Part shown: one piece after another, positions 19,509 through 27,938 of the stretch
How positions within the stretch are numbered: position 1 is the first letter of the stretch
Layout: each line of letters begins with the position of its first letter
Assembly (NCBI GenBank): GCA_017522915.1
Contig: JAFWXX010000044.1
Span: forward strand, 1,363 to 65,362
Source: Bacteroidaceae bacterium
Lineage (GTDB): Bacteria; Bacteroidota; Bacteroidia; Bacteroidales; Bacteroidaceae
Direction of reading: 5' to 3'
DNA: 64,000 nucleotides
Translations under genes and position numbers: made by a program
The notes under the pieces: generated by a model
The model's input: only the letters and a program-made list of their open reading frames with translations
What the model was told of the DNA's origin: nothing
Database searches by the model: none

Positions 19509-20360
19509 TTAGAATGCGATGTATGTGCTCGGATCGAGCGGTTTTCCGCGGTGCCACAGTTCAAGGTGCAAGTATTCTTTCTTCCTGTTGTCGTTCTCTC
19601 CGCTGCTTAGTGTTGCAATGACCTCTCCGCCGGAGACTTTGTCTCCGATGTTCTTCAGCAGCCTGTAACAGTTGCGGTATATCGAAATCATGTTCTCACG
19701 GTGCTGTATTGCAATGGTGAATCCTTCGTTTGCCGTAAAGTCGCTCATTACTACAACACCGTCATGTATTGCCATGACACTCTCGCCGGGTATCTCGGCT
19801 ATATCGATTCCGAAGTGTCCCGAATTGGGGTCGAACGGCTTTATGACATCTCCTCTTGTAGGGCGCATAAGATGCAGTTCCTGCAGTTCCGCCACGCTTG
19901 TAGCCTGGGATGTAAGGTTGTATTTCTCTCTCTCTTCCCACTGCTCCATAAACTCTTTCTCGTGTATTGTCTTGTCGGTAGATATACCGTCGGTGTTTAT
20001 GGGAACGGGTGAGCTTGTTATGGAGTCTATGGTGATGTTCCCGCTTATCAATGCCTGTATGTTCGCTATGTAACGGTCCTGTTTCTCAACCTCCCTGGTC
20101 AAGGAGTCTATGCGTATGTTGTTCCTTATAAGCTCCTCCTTTGCCCTGTTGCTGATATATCCCGGCAAAAGGTTGCCTACAGGCGTAAATACAACAATCA
20201 GGTAAAGCACTCCGGCCAGCAGCAGGAATGAGAAGAAGAGCGACATTATCACCCATAGCGGCGATATGTAGAAACCAAGTACGTTCTCCAGCTTGTTCTC
20301 GTTGTGTATCGTCAAACGGTATTTGCGCAGTAACCTGCTACGGAATGCCTTTGCTTTCAT
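19509..20360 (-). CDS. M23 family metallopeptidase, membrane anchored
   Basis: 283 aa. N-terminal TM. GHFGIDIA ... HLHLELW M23 motifs. Confidence 0.85.
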   Translation of the reverse strand: MKAKAFRSRLLRKYRLTIHNENKLENVLGFYISPLWVIMSLFFSFLLLAGVLYLIVVFTPVGNLLPGYISNRAKEELIRNNIRIDSLTREVEKQDRYIANIQALISGNITIDSITSSPVPINTDGISTDKTIHEKEFMEQWEEREKYNLTSQATSVAELQELHLMRPTRGDVIKPFDPNSGHFGIDIAEIPGESVMAIHDGVVVMSDFTANEGFTIAIQHRENMISIYRNCYRLLKNIGDKVSGGEVIATLSSGENDNRKKEYLHLELWHRGKPLDPSTYIAF

Positions 20361-20372
20361 CTCTTTGCTGTT

Positions 20373-20882
20373 TTAAAGTGAAACAAGTCCGTCGGGCAGG
20401 CCGAACACGACCTCCCTCTTCTCGTGGTCTATTCCTGCAATGAACTCTTCTTGTGCAGGGACAAGTATCTCGCCGTTGTCACCGTCGATGACAAACAGAG
20501 TGTTTATAGTGCTGTCGTCAACATCCGTAATGGTTCCCAATGGGCCGAGCGTGGCATCTGTTGCCTCGAACCCGATGAAATAGCTCAAGGATAGCTCCTC
20601 GCTATCTTCGCTCCAGCTGCGCGGAACGTATGCGTCGCGGTTGGTAAGGTAGCGCACCTCTTCCGCACTCTCCATACGCTCTATCTTCACTATTACGGTA
20701 TCGTCGTTTTTCGGGCGTATGTTATCAAAGAAGAACGGGACAAGAATACCGTCAATGTCGCATGCGACAAAGTCACAATCATCGTCAAGCATGAATGTGT
20801 CTCCTTGCAGCCCTATCTCTCCTTTTGTGCCATGCGGCTTCAGGAACTTCCCGAAATATGCAAACTCTTCCTTTTTCAACAT
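20373..20882 (-). CDS. rimM: 16S rRNA processing protein RimM
   Basis: 169 aa. N-terminal GKFLKPHGTKGEI motif and PRC-barrel-like C-terminus. Confidence 0.85.
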   Translation of the reverse strand: MLKKEEFAYFGKFLKPHGTKGEIGLQGDTFMLDDDCDFVACDIDGILVPFFFDNIRPKNDDTVIVKIERMESAEEVRYLTNRDAYVPRSWSEDSEELSLSYFIGFEATDATLGPLGTITDVDDSTINTLFVIDGDNGEILVPAQEEFIAGIDHEKREVVFGLPDGLVSL

Positions 20883-20886
20883 AATG

Positions 20887-22191
20887 TCACGAACGTGTTA
20901 TTCTTGCACCGATGCTGTTCAGTCTCTCTTCAAGGTTCTGGTATCCGCGGTCAATCTGTTCAATGTTGTCGATGCGGCTTATGCCGTCGGCACTCATGGC
21001 AGCTATAAGCAGCGCGATTCCGGCCCTTATGTCGGGCGAGCTCATGGCGCGTGGCTTCAGGGTGAACTGCCTGTCGTGTCCTATGACTACGGCACGGTGC
21101 GGGTCGCAGAGTATTATCTGTGCTCCCATGTCTATAAGCTTGTCAACGAAGAAGAGGCGGCTCTCGAACATCTTCTGGTGTATGAGCACGCTTCCCTTTG
21201 CCTGAATCGATGTAACAAGCAGTACGCTCAGGAGGTCCGGCGTAAGTCCGGGCCATGGCGCATCGCTTATGTTCATGATGGAACCGTCGATGAACGATTC
21301 AATCTCATAGTGCTCCTGCGCAGGGATGAAGATGTCGTCGCCTCTCTGCTCGAATTTTATTCCGAGCCTGCGGAAACTATCCGGTATTATACCCAGGTTC
21401 TCGAATGATACATCCTTTATAGTGAGTTCGCTCTGTGTCATTGCTGCCATGCCGATGAAACTGCCCACTTCAATCATGTCGGGCAATGCGCGGTGCGTAC
21501 ATCCGCCAAGCTCCTTCACGCCTTCAATGGTAAGGAGGTTGCTTGCTATGCCAGAAATCCTTGCACCCATTTTGTTGAGCATTCTGCAGAGCTGCTGTAT
21601 ATAAGGCTCGCAGGCTGCATTGTATATTGTTGTAGTGCCCTCGGCAAGCACTGCAGCCATAATGATGTTTGCGGTGCCTGTAACCGACGCTTCATCAAGC
21701 AGCATATAGCATCCATTGAGCTTCTTTGCATGCATGTAATAGACTCTCTTCTCTGTGTCGAAAGAGAATTCTGCACCCAGTTTCTGCAAGCCAATGATAT
21801 GCGTGTCGAGGCGACGGCGTCCTATCTTGTCGCCGCCGGGCTCCGACATTGTCGCCTTTCCGAATCTTCCGAGCAAGGGGCCGATGAACATTACCGAGCC
21901 TCTGAGGCGTGAACAGCCGTTGATATACTCTTCGCTGTCGATATAATCGAGGTTTACGTTGTTGGCCTGGAATGTGTAGCAGCCCACTCCGTTGCGTGTT
22001 ACCGAAACACCCATGTTCATGAGCTGGTTGATGAGGTTGTTCACATCGGCAATGTCAGGGATATTCTCGATTGTCACCTTCTCGCTTGTGAGAAGTGTGG
22101 CGCAAATCTCCTGCAATACCTCGTTCTTTGCACCTTGCGGTGTTATTGTTCCGTTGAGCTTGTGTCCGCCCTCTATAATGAATGATGCCAT
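20887..22191 (-). CDS. murA: UDP-N-acetylglucosamine 1-carboxyvinyltransferase
   Basis: 434 aa. N-terminal GAKNE motif. Loop PGGDKIGRRRLDTH aligns with E. coli PGGCAIGARPVDLH, so Asp stands in place of Cys115. Confidence 0.95.
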   Translation of the reverse strand: MASFIIEGGHKLNGTITPQGAKNEVLQEICATLLTSEKVTIENIPDIADVNNLINQLMNMGVSVTRNGVGCYTFQANNVNLDYIDSEEYINGCSRLRGSVMFIGPLLGRFGKATMSEPGGDKIGRRRLDTHIIGLQKLGAEFSFDTEKRVYYMHAKKLNGCYMLLDEASVTGTANIIMAAVLAEGTTTIYNAACEPYIQQLCRMLNKMGARISGIASNLLTIEGVKELGGCTHRALPDMIEVGSFIGMAAMTQSELTIKDVSFENLGIIPDSFRRLGIKFEQRGDDIFIPAQEHYEIESFIDGSIMNISDAPWPGLTPDLLSVLLVTSIQAKGSVLIHQKMFESRLFFVDKLIDMGAQIILCDPHRAVVIGHDRQFTLKPRAMSSPDIRAGIALLIAAMSADGISRIDNIEQIDRGYQNLEERLNSIGARITRS

Positions 22192-22202
22192 CCTGTGATG
22201 TG

Positions 22203-22823
22203 TTAGAATTTCCGTTTAAAGTTCTTCTTGCCGTTGTTCATGTTGCGTCTCGCATTATTGTTGCGCTGCATGTTGTGCTGTCCGAAACCTGTCTTTATCT
22301 CTCCTTCCGTGATGTCGATTGCCCCTTTTGAGTATTCACGCAAGTCGTCGAATATCTTCTTGTCCTCAACACCCTCCTTGTTCCATGCCGCGTAGTTCTT
22401 CTTCATCTGTACTGTAATAAGTTCCACAAGGCAATCCCTCTCTTCTCCCGGTTCAAGTGTGCATGCATGGGCAATCATCTCTTCCACGATTCGTCCGTAA
22501 TGCCTGTTCTTTATCTCTCCGTTCTGGTAAGGAACTCTTTTGGGTGCCACATGGAACTCCTCCTCCTTTATAACCTCAAAAGGATAGTCGATATCAAGCC
22601 GGAAATCGGACATTATCGCAAGATGGTCCCATAGCTTGCGCTCATAATCGGGCTGGTTGCGGTAGTTGGGGAACATGCTTCCCATTATGTGTACAATTGT
22701 CTCGGCGCATTTCTGTCTCTCTTCTCTCTCTTCGATAGCAAGTGCATGATCGACCATCTTCTGTACCGAACGTCCATATTCGGGCAGAGGCAATTTCTTC
22801 TGTTTGGTATTGTATTCCATCAT
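22203..22823 (-). CDS. DUF4290-like protein (family from memory; conserved murA neighbour in Bacteroidota)
   Basis: 206 aa. N-terminal LPEYGRSVQKMVDHA. Basic C-terminal tail. No other recognisable motif. Confidence 0.6.
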   Translation of the reverse strand: MMEYNTKQKKLPLPEYGRSVQKMVDHALAIEEREERQKCAETIVHIMGSMFPNYRNQPDYERKLWDHLAIMSDFRLDIDYPFEVIKEEEFHVAPKRVPYQNGEIKNRHYGRIVEEMIAHACTLEPGEERDCLVELITVQMKKNYAAWNKEGVEDKKIFDDLREYSKGAIDITEGEIKTGFGQHNMQRNNNARRNMNNGKKNFKRKF

Positions 22824-22837
22824 AATGGTATGCTGTT

Positions 22838-23542
22838 TTATTTGTTTCTCAATAAGTCTTTCGGTTTTGCAGCGACAAAGTTCTTCAGGTAGAACGGCTC
22901 GAAATATGCTATATCCTCGAACCTCTCGTCATACCAGGCTCTTTCGGCAAGGGGCATCATGTTCTTTGCCAACGGGTTCCTGTGCTCTTCGAGGAAATGT
23001 GCGTTGGGGTGGGTTATTATGCTCTTGCATTTTGCCGCCCCGTTGCCGAAGAAGTATATCGGCTGCTTGTCGAGCAGCTCCTTGTAGCTCTCCTCGGTAA
23101 CAACTTCGGCATGTGTCTCTTTCACGACACTCAAAGCCCTGTCGTATATTGTCGCATACACCTCGTTGCGTCGTGCATCTATCATGGGGCATAGCAACGC
23201 CTCTTCGGGAATGTCGTCGCGGAAGAGAACCGGAACGCTCATTACGGCAGTCGTGGGTATGGCTATCAGCGGTATGTCACGTCCGTAGCACACGCCCTTT
23301 GCTGTTGATGATGCGATTCTGAGGCTGGTGTATGACCCCGGCCCGCAACTGAGCGCGACCGCATTTATCTTCGCTCCCTGGCTATCGGCATTCTGCAACG
23401 CCTCTTCTACAAAAGGTGCCAGTACCTTGGCATGTGAACGCTCGTCGCGGTTTATCCTCTCGAAGAAGACGTGGCCGTCCTGGCTCAGAGCTACAGAACA
23501 TATTTCCGTCGAAGCCTCTATGTGCAGTATTATTGTTGTCAT
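22838..23542 (-). CDS. tsaB: tRNA threonylcarbamoyladenosine biosynthesis protein TsaB
   Basis: Start chosen at MTTIILHIEASTEICSVAL (ATG 23542). GPGSYTSLRI motif. Confidence 0.85.
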   Translation of the reverse strand: MTTIILHIEASTEICSVALSQDGHVFFERINRDERSHAKVLAPFVEEALQNADSQGAKINAVALSCGPGSYTSLRIASSTAKGVCYGRDIPLIAIPTTAVMSVPVLFRDDIPEEALLCPMIDARRNEVYATIYDRALSVVKETHAEVVTEESYKELLDKQPIYFFGNGAAKCKSIITHPNAHFLEEHRNPLAKNMMPLAERAWYDERFEDIAYFEPFYLKNFVAAKPKDLLRNK

Positions 23543-23593
23543 TTCTGTCAGTTTTGTAAAAGTGCAGGATATGCACTCTATCCCATTATTTTG

Positions 23594-23601
23594 CAAAAAT
23601 A
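23594..23601 (-). promoter_or_regulatory. -7 promoter box (TAnnTTTG on minus strand) for the tsaB...phoA operon
   Basis: Plus-strand CAAAAATA equals minus-strand TATTTTTG, about 52 nt upstream of tsaB ATG 23542. Confidence 0.45.
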
Positions 23602-23705
23602 CAATTTTATTGCAATAGTCATGTTATAATATTTATTTTTAAATATATTTTATATAACAGATGCAAAAATGTGGCTCTTTTGGGCATCTATTCCGAATAA
23701 TTGGC

Positions 23706-23721
23706 TATTTTTGCAAAAATA
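23706..23721 (+). promoter_or_regulatory. -7 promoter box for yicC inside a perfect 16-bp palindrome
   Basis: TATTTTTGCAAAAATA reads as TAnnTTTG on both strands. The plus-strand box at 23706-23713 lies about 70 nt upstream of ATG 23783. Confidence 0.45.
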
Positions 23722-23782
23722 CGGGCATTATGTCTGATGCCCTATGGAACTATTGGTGCTGCTGCACCGCAAAAAGATTGGT

Positions 23783-24658
23783 ATGATATATTCGATGACA
23801 GGCTACGGCAAGTCCGTGGCAACTTTTCAGGACAAGAAGATTTGTGTAGAGGTGCGTTCGCTGAACGGTAAGGCGATGGACCTCTCTACCCGCATAGCTC
23901 CTCAATTCAAGAACCGTGAAATGGAGATACGCACCCTCATAACTAATGTGCTGGAGCGCGGAAAGGTCGATTTTTCGCTTTGGGTAGAGCAGGGCGACAA
24001 AGCGGATATGCCTTCGATAAACGGTGCTGTGATGCAGAACTACATTGAGCAGATGAACGAGGCTGCAAAAGTTACAGGCATTGCCTTGCCGCAGAATATG
24101 TTCGAAGTGCTGTTGCGTATGCCGGAGGTGATTGCGCGCAAGGAGGTCTATGAGGCAACGGACGACGAATGGTCGGTAGTGCTTGCATGTGTAAAGGAGG
24201 CCCTTGACGAGCTTATGGCTTTCCGCAAGCAGGAGGGCGAGGCCTTGGCATGCAGGTTCCGCAGCAATATTGCCAATATAGGCGGGCTTCTGGCATCGGT
24301 TGAGCCGTACGAAAAGGAGAGGGTTGAGAAAATCCGTGCCCGCATAACCGATTCGCTTGAAAAGCTTGCCGGGGTAGAGTACGACAGCAACCGTCTTGAG
24401 CAGGAACTGATATACTATATCGAAAAACTCGATGTAAACGAGGAAAAGCAGCGTCTTGCCAATCATTTGAACTACTTTGTGGAGACAATGGAAGGTCCTA
24501 AGGGACAAGGCAAGAAACTCGGATTCATAGCTCAGGAGATGGGGCGCGAGATAAACACTCTCGGCAGCAAGAGCAACCATGCAGAGATGCAGAATATCGT
24601 AGTGAAAATGAAAGATGAACTTGAGCAGATAAAGGAGCAGGTTCTGAATGTAATGTAA
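23783..24658 (+). CDS. yicC: YicC/YloC family stress-induced protein
   Basis: Start chosen at MIYSMTGYGK (canonical YicC N-terminus). C-terminal DVNEEKQRL...EMGREINTLGSK motif. Confidence 0.88.
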   Translation: MIYSMTGYGKSVATFQDKKICVEVRSLNGKAMDLSTRIAPQFKNREMEIRTLITNVLERGKVDFSLWVEQGDKADMPSINGAVMQNYIEQMNEAAKVTGIALPQNMFEVLLRMPEVIARKEVYEATDDEWSVVLACVKEALDELMAFRKQEGEALACRFRSNIANIGGLLASVEPYEKERVEKIRARITDSLEKLAGVEYDSNRLEQELIYYIEKLDVNEEKQRLANHLNYFVETMEGPKGQGKKLGFIAQEMGREINTLGSKSNHAEMQNIVVKMKDELEQIKEQVLNVM

Positions 24659-24664
24659 ATAATT

Positions 24665-25231
24665 ATGAAAAAGGGCAAGGTAGTTATTTTTTCGGCACCG
24701 TCGGGCTCTGGAAAGTCAACTCTGGTGCATTTCCTTATGGACAAGGACCCTTCTTTCGGCTTCTCGGTATCGGCAACCAGCCGTCCTCCGCGCGGTGAGG
24801 AGAAACATGGCAAGGACTACTTCTTCTTTACTCCTGACGAGTTCCGTGCGCGTATAGCCGCCGACGAGTTCGTTGAGTACGAGGAGGTCTATCCCGGCCG
24901 TTTCTACGGAACGCTGAAATCGCAGGTAGAACGTCAGCTGGAGTATCAGAACATCCTGTTCGACGTTGATGTGAAGGGTGGATGCAGCCTTAAGAAGTAT
25001 TATGGCGAGAGAGCTCTTTTCATTTTTGTCCAGGCTCCTTCGATTGATGTGCTGCGCGAGCGTCTTGTGCGTCGTGGCGATACGGCAATGGAAGAGATTG
25101 AGAAGCGTGTCGGCAAGGCGGAATATGAGATGACATTCTCTAAGTTTGCCGATAGGGTGATTGTCAACGACAACCTTGAGACTGCCAAGAAGGAGCTGAT
25201 GATTATTGTTGACAAGTTTCTTAATGAATAA
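24665..25231 (+). CDS. gmk: guanylate kinase
   Basis: 188 aa. P-loop SAPSGSGKST and TSRPPRGEE motif. Confidence 0.94.
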   Translation: MKKGKVVIFSAPSGSGKSTLVHFLMDKDPSFGFSVSATSRPPRGEEKHGKDYFFFTPDEFRARIAADEFVEYEEVYPGRFYGTLKSQVERQLEYQNILFDVDVKGGCSLKKYYGERALFIFVQAPSIDVLRERLVRRGDTAMEEIEKRVGKAEYEMTFSKFADRVIVNDNLETAKKELMIIVDKFLNE

Positions 25232-25802
25232 CAGGAAAAGGACCGTTGTTTTCGGCGGGAGCTTCGACCCGGTGCACATTGGGCATATTTCGCTTGCGTC
25301 GGAAGTGTGTCGCCGAGGATTGGCGAGCGAGGTCTGGTTCATGGTCTCTCCGCAGAATCCTCATAAGCAAGGTGTTGCCTTGACCGATGAGAAAATGCGG
25401 TTGCAGATGGTGCAGCTGGCAATAGAAGGGCATCAGGGCATGCGTGCTTCCGATTTTGAGTTCGGCTTGCCTCGCCCGTCATATACGGTAAACACCTTGG
25501 CGGCATTGGAACAGGCCTTTCCCGACAGGGAGTTTCTCTTGCTCATCGGTGCCGATAACTGGGAGAAGTTCGCTCTCTGGTACAAGGGTGATGAGATATT
25601 GGCGCGTTACGGCATAATTGTATATCCGCGAGGCGGTGAAGAGTGCCCCGAACTTCCGAAGGGCGTGACATGGCTGCAGGCAGAACTGCACGATGTCAGT
25701 TCCACAATGGTGCGTAGCATGGTATCTGCCGGCAAGAATATAAGAGGGCTTGTCCCCGATTCCGTTGCCGAATTTATAGAAAGGAATGAATTATATAAAT
25801 GA
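25224..25802 (+). CDS. nadD: nicotinate-nucleotide adenylyltransferase
   Basis: GGSFDPVHIGH motif. ATG 25224 chosen (8-nt overlap with gmk). The ORF track starts at an upstream TTG, 25206. Confidence 0.9.
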   Translation: MNNRKRTVVFGGSFDPVHIGHISLASEVCRRGLASEVWFMVSPQNPHKQGVALTDEKMRLQMVQLAIEGHQGMRASDFEFGLPRPSYTVNTLAALEQAFPDREFLLLIGADNWEKFALWYKGDEILARYGIIVYPRGGEECPELPKGVTWLQAELHDVSSTMVRSMVSAGKNIRGLVPDSVAEFIERNELYK

Positions 25803-26443
25803 GTATGAAAAAGTATATAATCGGTTTTTTGTTGATTTTGCCTGTTCTTGCCAATGCTCAGGTAAAGCTGTATGATGATTTGTGCGACCCTTTGCAAGCA
25901 GTGTTCTGCGACTATGCACGCAATGAGGGCGAGGTGATGTATCTGTCGAATCCTAACGGACAGTATATAGGAACATTGATTGACAATAAGCTCTATGGCT
26001 GGGGTTTCTACCTCTCCAATGACGGTTCACAGTCGTTCGGTCAGTACCGCGACGGCAAGATGGTTTTCGGTCTTATAATGACTGATGAGGTGGCGAAGGT
26101 AGGCGGTGAAAGCAGTTATGTCATGTATAATCTCAAGACCGGAGAGGTTACGGCATGGTATGTCAACGGAGGGCGCATGACGCTTGAATACCCTCTTGTC
26201 GCAACAGAGAAAGAGCCCGTGCCGGCTTATTCATTCAAGAAAGAGACATATTCGAACGGTGATATGTTCTATGGCGAATTCTTTGAAGGAAGACGCGACG
26301 GTTATGGTGTATATTGCTGGTCGAACGGCGATATGTGGTACGGACGCTACAAAGAGGGGTACCGTAACGGCTACGGCATGCTCATCAAGCCCGACCGTAC
26401 GGTGCACTACGGAAAATGGGTAGGCGACCGCAAGGTTGAATGA
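25799..26443 (+). CDS. secreted MORN-repeat protein
   Basis: Signal peptide. Repeated YxGxxxxGxxxGxG units (YGEFFEGRRDGYGVY, WYGRYKEGYRNGYGM). ATGA overlap with nadD. Confidence 0.65.
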   Translation: MSMKKYIIGFLLILPVLANAQVKLYDDLCDPLQAVFCDYARNEGEVMYLSNPNGQYIGTLIDNKLYGWGFYLSNDGSQSFGQYRDGKMVFGLIMTDEVAKVGGESSYVMYNLKTGEVTAWYVNGGRMTLEYPLVATEKEPVPAYSFKKETYSNGDMFYGEFFEGRRDGYGVYCWSNGDMWYGRYKEGYRNGYGMLIKPDRTVHYGKWVGDRKVE

Positions 26444-26487
26444 TGTGTTGATTCCAAAATGCAGTAATTGGTTAATAAATTTCAGCT

Positions 26488-27765
26488 ATGAATAAAGGAT
26501 TCTTGTATCTAGTATCATTGGTTGCAGCTTCGCTCATGGTATTACCAGCGGTTGCACAGGACGAGAGTAAGGTTACGTTATCGGGCAACGGGTATATAAC
26601 AGCTGCTCCTGAGGGAAAAGCTTTCATCGACGACCAGCGTTGCGAGTTGCGTAACTGGAACGATGCGGAAACAGTAGTCAGTTTCTACTTCAGAACAGAA
26701 AAGAGCGGCAAGATGAATATTGCTCTCAATGCAAAAGGGCATTCACAGATTGAGGTTTCCCTTTTGGGCAAAAAGAAAAAGGTAAGGCTTGACAGCGACT
26801 CTATTGCACGTATAGAGGTGGGAACGTTCAAGGTAAAGAGCCCCGGCTATGTAAAGATGGATATCCGTGGCGTGAAGATAAATGAAGGAGAAACTTTCGG
26901 CAATATAGAATCTGTTGCCGTTGGCGGCAACGTGGCTCCAGTCGTTTGTGTATCTCCTGAGTTCAGTGCCCATTTCGGGCGTCGCGGTCCTTCAGTGCAT
27001 CTGGGCTATATACTGCCTAAAGAGGATGTGGAGTGGTTCTACAACGAGGTTACAGTGCCGGAGGAGGGCGATATCCCCAGCAGCTACTATATGGCTTGCG
27101 GTTTCGGCCAGGGGTATTTCGGAATGCAGAACAACAGCCCGCACGAGAGAAGAGTGCTCTTTTCGGTGTGGAGCCCATACGAAACCGACAATGCGTCAGA
27201 GATTCCCGATTCATTGCGTGTTGTGCTCCTGAAGAAAGGCGAGAATGTTAAGGTGCAGGATTTTGGAAACGAAGGCTCCGGCGGACAGAGCTATATGCAC
27301 TACGACTGGAAAGCCGGAGAACGTTGCCGCTTCCTTATGGGAGTAAGGCCCGACGGCAATGGCAATACAGTATATACGGCCTATTTCTTTGACAATGCAA
27401 AGGGCAAGTGGTCGCTTGTTGCCTCTTTCCGCCGTCCGGAAATCACCACATGGTACACCGGCGCACACTCATTCCTTGAGAATTTCAATCCTGTCATGGG
27501 CTATATCAACCGCAAGGCCTGCTACGGCAACCAATGGGCACGTACCGTTGACGGCAAGTGGGTTCCGGTGACAAAGGCGCGCTTTACATGCGATGCGACA
27601 GGGCATCATAAACAGCGTCTCGACTATAGCGGCGGTGTCGAAGGCGATAGCTTCTTCCTCACTATGGGCGGCTTTTTCAACGACTATTTAAGCTCCGGCA
27701 CAATATTTGAGCGTGCCGGCAATGTGACAGAGGCACCGGAAATCGATTTCTCTACACTTGAATAG
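26488..27765 (+). CDS. secreted DUF5077/DUF3472-like protein (family from memory)
   Basis: 425 aa. Signal peptide. Segment YYMACGFGQGYFGMQNNSPHERRVLFSVWSPYETDN...FGNEGSGGQSY resembles DUF3472. Confidence 0.6.
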   Translation: MNKGFLYLVSLVAASLMVLPAVAQDESKVTLSGNGYITAAPEGKAFIDDQRCELRNWNDAETVVSFYFRTEKSGKMNIALNAKGHSQIEVSLLGKKKKVRLDSDSIARIEVGTFKVKSPGYVKMDIRGVKINEGETFGNIESVAVGGNVAPVVCVSPEFSAHFGRRGPSVHLGYILPKEDVEWFYNEVTVPEEGDIPSSYYMACGFGQGYFGMQNNSPHERRVLFSVWSPYETDNASEIPDSLRVVLLKKGENVKVQDFGNEGSGGQSYMHYDWKAGERCRFLMGVRPDGNGNTVYTAYFFDNAKGKWSLVASFRRPEITTWYTGAHSFLENFNPVMGYINRKACYGNQWARTVDGKWVPVTKARFTCDATGHHKQRLDYSGGVEGDSFFLTMGGFFNDYLSSGTIFERAGNVTEAPEIDFSTLE

Positions 27766-27825
27766 GATAAACATTTTTGCTTCGGAAATTTCCGCGGTAA
27801 AATTGTGACGGTATATAAATTTGGT

Positions 27826-27833
27826 TATCTTTG
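27826..27833 (+). promoter_or_regulatory. -7 promoter box (TAnnTTTG) upstream of GH109-like gene
   Basis: TATCTTTG. A second overlapping candidate, TAAATTTG, lies at 27816-27823. About 105 nt upstream of ATG 27939. Confidence 0.4.
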
Positions 27834-27938
27834 CAACATGCACTATTATGGTGCATTGCATGGCATGTGCCGGCATAGTTTGAAAACGCATACTTTGAAA
27901 ACATTAACAAACAATATTTATCTAAAACACACTGTAAT

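Noticed and set aside
19492-19557. N-terminal extensions offered by the ORF track for several genes: dxr to 19557, tsaB to 23596, yicC from 23744, aroF from 29848, pheA from 33974, DUF4843-like to 48101, the TlpA paralog to 44986, and AlbA_2 from 60838.
   Set aside because: The extensions overlap upstream genes or promoter boxes and lack family homology. Internal ATGs give canonical N-termini or signal peptides and tidy 1-30-nt intergenic gaps.
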